Positions 48,276 through 57,601 of a stretch of DNA of 57,815 bases are shown here, one piece after another. Made by a program: the position numbers and the translations under genes. Where the stretch lies: positions 1 through 57,815 of IMG/VR virus record IMGVR_UViG_3300022602_002355, one strand, 5' to 3'. The notes beneath the pieces were generated by a model. It ran no database searches. It was given only the letters and a program-made list of their open reading frames with translations, and was not told where the DNA came from. The stretch is from a virus. Lineage: Duplodnaviria > Caudoviricetes. The number at the start of each line of letters is the position of its first letter. The stretch's first letter is position 1.

Positions 48276-48634
48276 TAAAAGGTATAAATCAGGGTGGCAG
48301 ATATATTAAGGTTGTCGGCGGACAACCTGGAGGTAATTATATTAACAACTACTCTGGTTCTCAAGGTGTAGGTAATATGAGATTCAATACTACCAACCAA
48401 AACATAGAAATATGGGATGGTAATAGTTGGATAACCATGCAGACAACTTATGCCACAGTGGAATTAGAATACGAAGCAGTAAATCTATTAGATTGGGCTA
48501 AAGAAAAACGTGCCGAAGAACAGCGAGTAAAAGAGTTGATTAAAACTAATCCTGCTGTTAAAATAGCATATGAAAATGTTTTAAAAGCACAAGAACAATT
48601 AAAAATAACAACTATATTGAGTACAGATGAATAA
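48272..48634 (+). CDS. Hypothetical protein
   Basis: G.MRFN...EIWDG.SW motif plus C-terminal helix. Confidence 0.65.
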   Translation: MIKGINQGGRYIKVVGGQPGGNYINNYSGSQGVGNMRFNTTNQNIEIWDGNSWITMQTTYATVELEYEAVNLLDWAKEKRAEEQRVKELIKTNPAVKIAYENVLKAQEQLKITTILSTDE

Positions 48635-50273
48635 AGAACCAGTTAACCTAACCCCATTACAAAAGGACTACGCTGTATACTTGCCCGCTATCAGCAGTTT
48701 CTATAGCACGTACATAGCAAAGCAACGCCTAGAAAAGTTCATTGCAGATGAAAGAATTCCTGCAGGATTCGATCGAGGAATTGAAGGCATGAACTTTTTA
48801 AATCCTGAACAAGGATACTTTACATACAAATATGGATTGTATTCAGCAGGTCACGCACAGTTAGACTTACAAAAAAGTCTAACACAAGAATCAATGATTC
48901 AACAGCGAGATCGTGCTAACACAATGATCTTAGGCGATTCAGGTGGATACCAAATTGGTAAGGGTGTTCTTAAGTTTGACTGGCTAGACTTCGAAGGTGC
49001 AAGTGCTAACAAGACACGTCAACAAATCCTAGAATGGTTAGAATTAACTGCCGACTGGTCAATGATGCTAGACGTTCCAACATGGGCATGTGATCACGTA
49101 CATAGTCCAAAGACAGGATTAAAAACTGTTGAAGAATGTTTAGAAAAGACTAGATTTAATAACGAATATTTTTTAAAGAATCGCTTAGGACAAACTAAGT
49201 TCTTAAATGTTCTACAAGGATGGGATTGGGATTCTGCCGAGAACTGGTATAACGGTGTTAAAGAATTTAGCGATACAGCAGTGTGGGGAGACAAAGCCGC
49301 CGAAGGTTGGGCGTTTGGAGGTGCTAACATGTGTAAGATGGACATCACTCTTAAGCGTCTAATGACCATGAGAGAAGATGGCATGTTAAAAGGTAAGAAT
49401 TGGATTCACTTCTTGGGTACAGCACAATTAGACTGGGCGTGTTACTTAACAAGTATCCAACGTCAAATCCGTAAACACATTAATCCAGAACTTACAATTA
49501 GTTTTGACTGTGCAAGCCCGTTTATTGCTACTGCACACGGGTTAGTTTATACCAACGCACAGCATACAACTAAACGTTGGTCTGTTATTATGGACAAGGC
49601 TCCAGATAATAAAGCACTTTCAGGAAGCGATATTCCATTCCCGTTTGAATCAACTATTGGTCGTAGATTAACAATGGGAGATATTGCGTATTATGATCTC
49701 GGAGTAAGAAAGACAGATGCTGAATTAGGCAATGTTAAATTTAATCATTTAGATCCATCGCACTATCATGTTGTTCCTAGAATGAATAAGTTAGGTAAGA
49801 TTCCAAATAGAACAAGTTGGGATAGTTTTGCCTACGCATTGATGATGGGACATAATGTTGAATGTCATATTGTTGCTGTACAACGTGCTAATCAACTAAT
49901 GGATATTGAAACAGCCAGAGTCAAGCCTGATTGGCGTCATTGGAAGAAACTAAAAGACTCTGAAATAAGCAGTGATCAATACTCTGAATGGGTTCCACGT
50001 AACATTTTATATTTTAATCGTTTTGTAGAAGAACTGTTTAATACACAAACTAAAGCAGAAGCATTTGAAATGATTGAACAAGCCAAGACCATGCTTAATT
50101 CTATGATGGGTATGCGTTTACGTGGCGGTAATGCAAATAATATCTATGGAACATTATTTGATACAGACGAAGTTGTTCTAGATAAATCAGTATCACCGGT
50201 TAGTGCTATGCCAGTACTAGATGAAGATAAGTTAGATGATCTTGAATCGGAATTCTTAGATAAGGGAGAATAA
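48627..50273 (+). CDS. dpdA: TGT-fold transglycosylase (DpdA-like, 7-deazaguanine insertion)
   Basis: GDSGGYQ, MLDVP, VLQG, AFGG, IHFLG, SFD, HN motifs; clustered with folE/queD/queE. Confidence 0.75.
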   Translation: MNKEPVNLTPLQKDYAVYLPAISSFYSTYIAKQRLEKFIADERIPAGFDRGIEGMNFLNPEQGYFTYKYGLYSAGHAQLDLQKSLTQESMIQQRDRANTMILGDSGGYQIGKGVLKFDWLDFEGASANKTRQQILEWLELTADWSMMLDVPTWACDHVHSPKTGLKTVEECLEKTRFNNEYFLKNRLGQTKFLNVLQGWDWDSAENWYNGVKEFSDTAVWGDKAAEGWAFGGANMCKMDITLKRLMTMREDGMLKGKNWIHFLGTAQLDWACYLTSIQRQIRKHINPELTISFDCASPFIATAHGLVYTNAQHTTKRWSVIMDKAPDNKALSGSDIPFPFESTIGRRLTMGDIAYYDLGVRKTDAELGNVKFNHLDPSHYHVVPRMNKLGKIPNRTSWDSFAYALMMGHNVECHIVAVQRANQLMDIETARVKPDWRHWKKLKDSEISSDQYSEWVPRNILYFNRFVEELFNTQTKAEAFEMIEQAKTMLNSMMGMRLRGGNANNIYGTLFDTDEVVLDKSVSPVSAMPVLDEDKLDDLESEFLDKGE

Positions 50274-50274
50274 T

Positions 50275-50616
50275 ATGCCACGTAAGAAAAAAGATGAAAT
50301 TGCAAAAGTTGCGCCAGTTCCAGCCGGAACGCCATTAGTAAATGATGCCGGTAAGGTTGTTGCTATTGCCGATGGTAAACCAGCAAAAGGACCTAAGGTT
50401 ACTCCAGCTAAACAGACAAAAAAAACAACCGAAACTTGGCCTAAAGTTACTGTAGGTAGTCACTTAACTGTGACCACTTATGAAAATGGCAAGACTGAAC
50501 TTAAATGGGATGACGAAGCGTTGGCTCGAGATATTCGCAATGCTCTTGCCGAGTATGAAGCCAGTTTGGCAAAGCCAAAACGTAGCAGAAAGCCAAAAGA
50601 TATTGCTATTTCTTAA
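50275..50616 (+). CDS. Basic hypothetical protein
   Basis: GGGAG RBS; G.T.L.WDDEAL motif. Confidence 0.65.
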   Translation: MPRKKKDEIAKVAPVPAGTPLVNDAGKVVAIADGKPAKGPKVTPAKQTKKTTETWPKVTVGSHLTVTTYENGKTELKWDDEALARDIRNALAEYEASLAKPKRSRKPKDIAIS

Positions 50617-50631
50617 ACTTTAATATATAAT
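50603..50631 (+). promoter_or_regulatory. Sigma70-type promoter (likely leaderless)
   Basis: TTGCTA-17-TATAAT; ATG at 50638. Confidence 0.55.
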
Positions 50632-50637
50632 TTATAC

Positions 50638-51168
50638 ATGAACAGAGATTACGCAGACGGAGTAACAGCAGAGAATATTACATTCTTTGTAGGTTTAGAA
50701 GTCGAACACACAGCCGCATACGGAATGGAAACCTTATTTGTTACAGGTGTACATGATCCAGATGTTATCTTAGATATGGCAAAAGAACACGGTGTCAAAC
50801 ACATTTACTTTGGTGCTAATCAGAGTTTTCCAAAACTCGATATAAATGATGTAACAAGTTGGCGACCATGGGAAAATATGATCAAATCCTGCTTGCAACA
50901 AGATTTTTGGTGTACGTTAGATTTTGATGTATCTTGTGTTGAAGGTGTATTAGAAGGCGGACTTAACGAATATAGAAAATTCATTTCTATGATCAGTGTT
51001 AAGATCCCGTATATTAATCAATTCAATTATCATGCAACTGTAAAGATTGATGATAAAGATTTCGAAGCAACTAATCCAGGTGTATGGACACATAGGCTCC
51101 GTGACTTACAACGTGAAACAAAGTTTACGGATTGGGATCAATATAAAGATGACGAGATTCAAGAATGA
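50638..51168 (+). CDS. Hypothetical protein in the deazaguanine cluster
   Basis: G.EVEHT, TLFV, HIYFGAN.SF, KIDD..F..TNPGVW. Confidence 0.7.
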   Translation: MNRDYADGVTAENITFFVGLEVEHTAAYGMETLFVTGVHDPDVILDMAKEHGVKHIYFGANQSFPKLDINDVTSWRPWENMIKSCLQQDFWCTLDFDVSCVEGVLEGGLNEYRKFISMISVKIPYINQFNYHATVKIDDKDFEATNPGVWTHRLRDLQRETKFTDWDQYKDDEIQE

Positions 51169-51551
51169 TTATTAAACAAGATATTAGGCCATTAAAGATG
51201 ATTTGGGTTACCTTTCAAAAAGAAGGTATTCACAAGTATCCAGCCGCACTAACAGATCCTGCTCTTAAAACAGGCGACGAGTACGATGTTAGTTTCTTAG
51301 GATATCCACATCGTCATACATTCCATTTTAAAGTATGGATTCAAGTAACACACAATGATCGTGATATTGAATTCATTCAGTTTAAACGCTGGTTGGAAAA
51401 ACTCTACACAGGGTTACTACAACTAGATTACAAGAGTTGTGAAATGATGTCAGATGAATTACATGACGTTATTTCTCACAGGTATCCAAATCGAGAGATT
51501 TGGATTGAAGTCTCCGAAGATGGAGAAAATGGTTCATTTATTAAGTACTAA
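51165..51551 (+). CDS. queD: QueD/PTPS-like T-fold protein (divergent)
   Basis: H...HRHTFH...SCE...EVSEDGEN pattern and context; lacks canonical CxxxHGH. Confidence 0.55.
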   Translation: MIIKQDIRPLKMIWVTFQKEGIHKYPAALTDPALKTGDEYDVSFLGYPHRHTFHFKVWIQVTHNDRDIEFIQFKRWLEKLYTGLLQLDYKSCEMMSDELHDVISHRYPNREIWIEVSEDGENGSFIKY

Positions 51552-51568
51552 AATAAGGAAATAGAAAA

Positions 51569-51814
51569 ATGGCAATTCCTGCCTATATTCAAAAAACTCT
51601 CCGCTTGAAACCCGAAGTTGAAAAGATCTTTGATGATCTAGAAGCATGGCATGATCATTGCCGTTTCAACCTTCTTCCTTTTAACCCTACAGACTTGTAT
51701 AAGTCGAAAGAATATCGCGATTGGCAGTATCGCAAGAACGGCGGCAAGTTCCGCGAACGCAAACCTTACTTAGGTAAGAATCCACGGTACAACAATGACC
51801 GTATTTCTAATTGA
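51569..51814 (+). CDS. Hypothetical protein
   Basis: AAGGA RBS; IFDDLE...CR motif. Confidence 0.65.
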   Translation: MAIPAYIQKTLRLKPEVEKIFDDLEAWHDHCRFNLLPFNPTDLYKSKEYRDWQYRKNGGKFRERKPYLGKNPRYNNDRISN

Positions 51815-52865
51815 TCTAGAAGCTGTCGAGACTAGGTACACTGGCGAATGGAAAAGCCATGTACCTAATCTCTTGCGAAAGGCAGGACACGATGTTCAAA
51901 TTATATCTGGCCCTACTGATATTCCTTCAGCCACTACTCCTGGTGCTTTTCTTAATTTTGGCGGTACCAATATATATAAGTCAGCACAGGTTGAGCAGAT
52001 GGGTAGGTTGTTTTGCGACGGAGCCGTTCATCCCGGTGATCACTTTATCTTTACTGATGCTTGGCACCCTGGTATCATAAATTTAAAGTACATGAGTGAA
52101 TTGTTAAAAATTCCAGTAACTATTCACGCATTATGGCACGCCGGCAGTTATGATCCAGCAGATTTTTTAGGTCGCTTAATTGGTGATACACCGTGGGTTA
52201 GGAACGCTGAAAAGAGTTTCTATCACGCAATTAATCACAATTACTTTGCTACAGAATTTCATATTGAAATGTTCTGTAAAAATCTGTTAGGATATGAAAG
52301 TTCTGACATTGTTCGAAAATTTGCTAAAAACAAAATTGTACGAACAGGTTGGCCAATGGAGTATATGGATAGTACGTTAACAATGTACAAGAACATGCCC
52401 AAGCGTGATCTTATTTTGTTTCCGCATCGTATTGCTCCAGAAAAACAAGTTGAAATATTTAGAGACTTAAAAGAGCAACTACCCCAGTATGAATTTGTAA
52501 TTTGCCAGGATCAACATCTAACAAAGAATGAATATCATAATTTGTTAGGTGAAGCTAAGATAGTATTCAGTGCTAACTTACAAGAAACTTTAGGCATTAG
52601 TTGTTATGAAGGCGCATTGGTAGATGCTATACCGATGGTGCCGGATCGTTTGTCATACAGCGAAATGTATTATGAAGGATTTAAGTATCCTAGTGAATGG
52701 ACTGAAAATTGGGATAGTTATTTACAAAACGTCGAAAAATTATGTCATCATATCCTTGTAACAATGACACACTATGAGAAACGTATTCCGCAGGTAAGAA
52801 AACAAGCACTAGATTTAACTGAATATTTTTTTAGTGCAGATAAGTTATTGGAAAATATTAAATGA
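51795..52865 (+). CDS. GT-B glycosyltransferase
   Basis: WHAGSYD, FPHR..PEK, QETLGIS..EG, P.VPDRLSY.EM. Confidence 0.8.
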   Translation: MTVFLIDLEAVETRYTGEWKSHVPNLLRKAGHDVQIISGPTDIPSATTPGAFLNFGGTNIYKSAQVEQMGRLFCDGAVHPGDHFIFTDAWHPGIINLKYMSELLKIPVTIHALWHAGSYDPADFLGRLIGDTPWVRNAEKSFYHAINHNYFATEFHIEMFCKNLLGYESSDIVRKFAKNKIVRTGWPMEYMDSTLTMYKNMPKRDLILFPHRIAPEKQVEIFRDLKEQLPQYEFVICQDQHLTKNEYHNLLGEAKIVFSANLQETLGISCYEGALVDAIPMVPDRLSYSEMYYEGFKYPSEWTENWDSYLQNVEKLCHHILVTMTHYEKRIPQVRKQALDLTEYFFSADKLLENIK

Positions 52866-53653
52866 TTGGAATTATTGGATTAGGTTTTGTAGGAGGTGCT
52901 ATTAAGGCATCAATTGATTGGGATCCTTCTACGGTATTAGTCGACGCAGATCCGTCACGCGGTACACATCCGTTTGAAGATCTAGCAAGAACAGAAGGTG
53001 TGTTTATTTGTGTCCCAACTCCGCAGGATGACGATGGAACATGTGACACAAGTATCCTAGAAGATATTCTAGCAAAATTAAAAGCACTAGATTATCATGG
53101 TGTTATTATTAGTAAATGCACAGCACCGCCCGATGTGTACACTCGCTTAAATGATCAATATATTAATCTAGTTCATGCTCCAGAATTTCTTACTGCGGCT
53201 AATGCTGTAAGAGATTATGCCAATGGTACCTTTGCCATTATTGGCGGCCGTGTTAAAGCCTATAGAGATCTAGCAGAAAAGATTATTAGAGAAACACAGC
53301 CTTCATTAGAATATGTACAACATTGTTCTATCGCCGAAGCAAGTCTAGCAAAATATACGATCAATTGTTTTATGAGTACAAAAGTAATATTCATGAACGA
53401 ACTAGCTAATTTAGCTAAACTGTCTAACTGCGATTATAATATAGTTGCTGGTTTGGTTAAAATGGATCCACGCATAGGCAAAAGCCACATGCAGGTACCA
53501 GGACCAGACGGATTGTACGGATTTGGCGGAGCATGCTTTCCAAAAGATACTAGTGCATTGCTCAAATATGCAGAAAGCGTTGGAGCTCAATTAAATGTAT
53601 TAGATGCGGCTGTAAAGAAAAATACACTGCTACGTTTGACAGAACCTAAATAA
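52862..53653 (+). CDS. ugd: UDP-glucose/GDP-mannose 6-dehydrogenase family (short form)
   Basis: GLGFVG, CVPTP, PEFL, KY..N, GFGGACFPKD. Confidence 0.88.
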   Translation: MIGIIGLGFVGGAIKASIDWDPSTVLVDADPSRGTHPFEDLARTEGVFICVPTPQDDDGTCDTSILEDILAKLKALDYHGVIISKCTAPPDVYTRLNDQYINLVHAPEFLTAANAVRDYANGTFAIIGGRVKAYRDLAEKIIRETQPSLEYVQHCSIAEASLAKYTINCFMSTKVIFMNELANLAKLSNCDYNIVAGLVKMDPRIGKSHMQVPGPDGLYGFGGACFPKDTSALLKYAESVGAQLNVLDAAVKKNTLLRLTEPK

Positions 53654-53664
53654 TCAAGTAAAAT
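53636..53664 (+). promoter_or_regulatory. Overlapping sigma70 and late promoters for folE
   Basis: TTGACA-17-TAAAAT with CTAAATA at 53646-53652. Confidence 0.6.
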
Positions 53665-53704
53665 AACTTAAAGACATCCACGTCATTAACTCGGAGAATA
53701 ATAA

Positions 53705-54469
53705 TTGACAACATTTACAACAGAAGATTTACAGAATGCACTCAATGGTGCAGAACAAATGAGCGATAAAGGCTACGAAGAAGCATACCTAGGCGACCAC
53801 TTGCGTTTTAAAATGAAACGTGAAGGTAAACGTTTTTGGGCAGGCGACAACATCAGCGAATATGTTACCGAAGAATTCAAAGCTAAACTAATCGACGAAG
53901 CAACAGAAGCATTTGAAACAGTTCTTGATCGATTGCTTATTGATCAAGAAAACGATCCTAACAGTAAAGGCACAGCACGTAGGCTTGCCAAGATGTACTT
54001 TAACGAAATAATGGCAGGTAGATATGATCCAGCACCAGACGCAACAGCATTTCCAAACGACAGCGCAGACCGTTATGAAGGTATGTTGGTTGTTCGTAGT
54101 GAGCTTCGCAGTATGTGTAGCCATCATCACCAACCCGTGGTTGGCGTTGCTTATATTGGCATTATTGCCGCCGAGAAACTTATCGGCTTATCAAAATACA
54201 CAAGAATTGCACAGTGGTGTGCCCGACGTGGAACTCTCCAGGAGGAACTTTGTAATGATATTGCTAGGGAAATCCAAAAAGCCACAGGCGCCACAGACTT
54301 AGGCGTATACATTCAAATGACACATGGGTGTTGTGAGAACAGAGGAATTATGGCTAAGAGTAGTTTAACACAGACTACAGTATTGCGTGGCGCATTTAAA
54401 GATGATATGGGAACAAAGAAAGAATTCTTTGACAATATTAAGATGCAACAAGAGTATGCTTCTAAATGA
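53705..54469 (+). CDS. folE: GTP cyclohydrolase I
   Basis: SMCSHH, GLSKY.R, LQE, HGC..NRG. Confidence 0.93.
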   Translation: MTTFTTEDLQNALNGAEQMSDKGYEEAYLGDHLRFKMKREGKRFWAGDNISEYVTEEFKAKLIDEATEAFETVLDRLLIDQENDPNSKGTARRLAKMYFNEIMAGRYDPAPDATAFPNDSADRYEGMLVVRSELRSMCSHHHQPVVGVAYIGIIAAEKLIGLSKYTRIAQWCARRGTLQEELCNDIAREIQKATGATDLGVYIQMTHGCCENRGIMAKSSLTQTTVLRGAFKDDMGTKKEFFDNIKMQQEYASK

Positions 54470-54693
54470 TAAGTGATTTAATTCTTTTATTTGTTGTACT
54501 AGGGCTCGGTATGCTTATTGGACACAATTGGCATTGGGAAAGTGAGCGTACTTACAAGGCACGACTATTGAAAGAATTAGATAGTGAACTTAAAGACGAA
54601 CTAACTGTAGCAAATAATCTAAATGATAGTCTTAAACAAGACCTGGCTGAATTAAAATCTAAACTACGCAAACTTCAATTAGAAAGGAAATAA
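54466..54693 (+). CDS. Membrane-anchored coiled-coil protein
   Basis: N-terminal hydrophobic helix and heptad repeats. Confidence 0.6.
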   Translation: MISDLILLFVVLGLGMLIGHNWHWESERTYKARLLKELDSELKDELTVANNLNDSLKQDLAELKSKLRKLQLERK

Positions 54694-54694
54694 A

Positions 54695-54889
54695 ATGGCA
54701 AATAAATTAGGTAAATTAGCAAAAGTAAATGAAAACATCACTCTTAATCGTTACGATAACGGTTGGATGGTAGAAGTCAGTGGTCGCAATAAGAAGGACG
54801 ACTGGGCATCTGTTAAAACTCTTTGTAACACAGAAGAAGAACTTATTGCTGTGATTAAAGAGTGGAATTTAATGGATTTGGAAAACTAA
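54695..54889 (+). CDS. Hypothetical protein
   Basis: AAGGA RBS; YDNGWMVEV. Confidence 0.65.
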   Translation: MANKLGKLAKVNENITLNRYDNGWMVEVSGRNKKDDWASVKTLCNTEEELIAVIKEWNLMDLEN

Positions 54890-54898
54890 GGAAATATC

Positions 54899-55396
54899 AT
54901 GGCAACTTGGACCGTTAGTACATATTATAAAAAGTCTTGTCAAGAAGTTGAATCATATCATCAACGAGAAGGCGAGGGCAAAGTCACAGTCACTAACGGT
55001 TTCCGTTATGGCGAATGGACTGTAGAAACTTCAGACGATAAACCGCCAGAGTTTGAATTTACATTTGTACCTGGCGGTGACGGAAAGAAAGACAGCATTG
55101 ATATGCTAGACTGCGAAGTCAACAACATCGAAAGCGTTGACCTTGTTGAAATGTTTGACGGCGGTTGCTGGTACGATATTGACATTGAAGGATTAGAAGA
55201 AGACGAGGAAGAAGAGATCCGTGAATTCCTCGAAGAAAACACTCCTTACGATTTAGAAGAAGAAGGTTGGATGCAAGGCGATACCCATTGGTGGATCTGG
55301 GGTCCAATCGAAATTAAAGATGAAGATGGCGAAACTGTACGTATCATTTGTGCAGACGCCGACGGTAATGTTGTTGATTTTAAGGATGAAGAATGA
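54899..55396 (+). CDS. Highly acidic hypothetical protein
   Basis: Very Asp/Glu-rich, with Trp. Confidence 0.7.
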   Translation: MATWTVSTYYKKSCQEVESYHQREGEGKVTVTNGFRYGEWTVETSDDKPPEFEFTFVPGGDGKKDSIDMLDCEVNNIESVDLVEMFDGGCWYDIDIEGLEEDEEEEIREFLEENTPYDLEEEGWMQGDTHWWIWGPIEIKDEDGETVRIICADADGNVVDFKDEE

Positions 55397-55686
55397 GCTG
55401 GCTTAAAAGAAAAATCCGCAATTGGTTAAACAACGATGATAGCGAATTAGTTGAATTATCAAAGATTCGTAGTAACACCCTCGGTATTGGTAGAGCTACA
55501 GAGTTAGACAATAATAATAAACTGTCTTTTTCTATGCATAGAGCAAGAGGCGGAACTGTTGTAGAAACTTCTAATTATGATAGAATCAAAGACCGACATA
55601 ATACTACGTTATATATTATTACTAACGAACAAGACCTTGGACATGAAATTGCCAAGATTTTTACCATGGAATCACTGCGTGGCTAA
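55393..55686 (+). CDS. Hypothetical protein
   Basis: ATGA coupling; A.GG.VVE..YD motif. Confidence 0.65.
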   Translation: MSWLKRKIRNWLNNDDSELVELSKIRSNTLGIGRATELDNNNKLSFSMHRARGGTVVETSNYDRIKDRHNTTLYIITNEQDLGHEIAKIFTMESLRG

Positions 55687-55885
55687 ACATAGAAAGTTAC
55701 CGTATCCAACACAAGTTCCGGGATTAGACCAACAGCATCAATGGTATTTAGAATATAATGTAGACGCAATTAATTTGGGTCGTATGTGTGAAGAATTTCC
55801 GGGGTTGCGAAAATCCTGGGAACAGTTTAAAATGATGTATCAACTTTGTAAGAGTAAAGATGAAACTAACAAACAAAATTCTTAA
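55679..55885 (+). CDS. Hypothetical protein
   Basis: Likely GTG start at 55679; MCEEFPGL..SWEQFK. Confidence 0.5.
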   Translation: MAKHRKLPYPTQVPGLDQQHQWYLEYNVDAINLGRMCEEFPGLRKSWEQFKMMYQLCKSKDETNKQNS

Positions 55886-56354
55886 TTGGTTGGAAGCACA
55901 CGGGCGTAAGCGTGTTATTCTTGATCGCGAAAGCAATGAACCATATCTAGAACGCTACTACGTTTTTCTAAAAGATCGTAAATGGTTTCCATTTAACGTG
56001 TTTGTACATAAGTTTCTTAAAAGTGATCCAGACGAGGTACATGATCATCCATGGCCATATGCCACACTTATTCTTAAAGGTGGCTATTATGAATACGTTC
56101 CTCGATTTAATTCACAAGGTTGGAAAATCGGAGAGACACGCTACTGGCGTGGTCCTGGACATTTCCGTATTTGTGGTCCAAAGAGTTTTCATCGTATTGA
56201 ATTACATCCAGATGTAACTGCATGGACTTGTTTTATCCCCGGACCACAAATCCGTGAATGGGGTTTTTTAGTAGGCCATTTTGAAAATCAAAAATGGATA
56301 CACAATGAAGATTTCTTAAAGGCTCGACGTGAAAAAGCAAATAATAACATATAG
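55860..56354 (+). CDS. Cupin-fold protein
   Basis: HDHPW....ILKGGY.E ... HRIEL metal-binding pattern. Confidence 0.75.
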   Translation: MKLTNKILNWLEAHGRKRVILDRESNEPYLERYYVFLKDRKWFPFNVFVHKFLKSDPDEVHDHPWPYATLILKGGYYEYVPRFNSQGWKIGETRYWRGPGHFRICGPKSFHRIELHPDVTAWTCFIPGPQIREWGFLVGHFENQKWIHNEDFLKARREKANNNI

Positions 56355-56826
56355 TGATTATGAAAATTTAATTAGCAACATTTGTAGAGAAATACATCAT
56401 AGCGGATGGACTCCAGACTATGTTGTAGGACTTACTCGCGGCGGGCTAATTCCTGCCGTTTTCCTTAGCCACTGGCTAGATGTTAAAATGAATAGTTTAG
56501 ACATTAGCCTTCGAGATGGCGGTGATTGCGTTAGTAACGCAGGTATGGCCGCAGATGCATTTGACGGAAAGAATATTCTTATTGTTGATGACATTAACGA
56601 TACAGGCGCTACATTTAATTGGTTGATGCGTGATTGGATGGATATGGCTCATCCAGAGAGCGAAGTATGGGAAAAGGTCTGGAACGGTAATGTTAAATTT
56701 GCTGTAGTTGTAGATAACTTATCAAGTAAGTCTAAGGTTAGTATGGATTTTGTTGGAATGGAAATAAACAAAGCAGACGAAGATGTCTGGATTGAATTCC
56801 CTTATGAGGAGTGGTGGAAAAAATGA
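56329..56826 (+). CDS. Type I (purine-type) phosphoribosyltransferase
   Basis: VVGLTRGGL, ILIVDDINDTGAT PRPP loop, WIEFPYE as in Gpt-like enzymes. Confidence 0.88.
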   Translation: MKKQIITYSDYENLISNICREIHHSGWTPDYVVGLTRGGLIPAVFLSHWLDVKMNSLDISLRDGGDCVSNAGMAADAFDGKNILIVDDINDTGATFNWLMRDWMDMAHPESEVWEKVWNGNVKFAVVVDNLSSKSKVSMDFVGMEINKADEDVWIEFPYEEWWKK

Positions 56827-57011
56827 CACAAGTTAAAGAAGGTAGTAAATGGGCCGGGGCAGATGGAAAAAGATTTCATGTCATTCATGTAATTGAAGCC
56901 AAAGATGGACACACATGGGTACATTATGAGCAAGACGGCGTGAAAGAATCACGCGAGTTTAGTTGCTATATCGAAAGTTTTTTAGAAAGATTTAGAGCGT
57001 TACCAGAATGA
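56823..57011 (+). CDS. Hypothetical protein
   Basis: ATGA-coupled start; WVHY, SC..ESFL.RF. Confidence 0.6.
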   Translation: MTQVKEGSKWAGADGKRFHVIHVIEAKDGHTWVHYEQDGVKESREFSCYIESFLERFRALPE

Positions 57012-57601
57012 TGATATCTAAATTTAACTATATTACAGCAAAGGCGCAGAATAAACTTTGCCGTTCCCTTATATATACGTTATCTAAATTAGAAAACATA
57101 GTAACATCTCCAGTTACATGGTTATTTCGATTAAAGGACGATTCAACTAAGATTATGACCGCCTATGAAATTCAACAAATAAAAACTGTTGATTTTAAAT
57201 GGTCAACTAGTGCATCGGGTGCAACTGGAACAACATCAAGACCGGCCGGACAGCGTGTTGGTTATACTGTCGGTAATGGATTTACACCACCGAGAGATTC
57301 TATCACATTTAATAGTGCAGATCGTAAACCTGTTCTGATTATCACTGGTGATGGTGACGTAGAATGGCATGGAAAACCTTCGGAGGCCGCAAAAGCATTA
57401 GAACGATCTTTTCAATTTACAGTAGAAGATATGAAAGGTGTTACTAAGGCCGCTAGACGCAGATATTATTTAAAGGCCTGTCAAAATATTCTAAATAAAG
57501 CAGAGAGTATGGAACATGCCGAATTTATTGACTTTTTAAAGAAACAAGTGTACAATAGAGAACGCAAAGTTATTATAGACAGTTTACAAGGAACAAATTA
57601 A
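57008..57601 (+). CDS. Hypothetical protein
   Basis: Overlap-coupled at both ends. Confidence 0.55.
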   Translation: MMISKFNYITAKAQNKLCRSLIYTLSKLENIVTSPVTWLFRLKDDSTKIMTAYEIQQIKTVDFKWSTSASGATGTTSRPAGQRVGYTVGNGFTPPRDSITFNSADRKPVLIITGDGDVEWHGKPSEAAKALERSFQFTVEDMKGVTKAARRRYYLKACQNILNKAESMEHAEFIDFLKKQVYNRERKVIIDSLQGTN

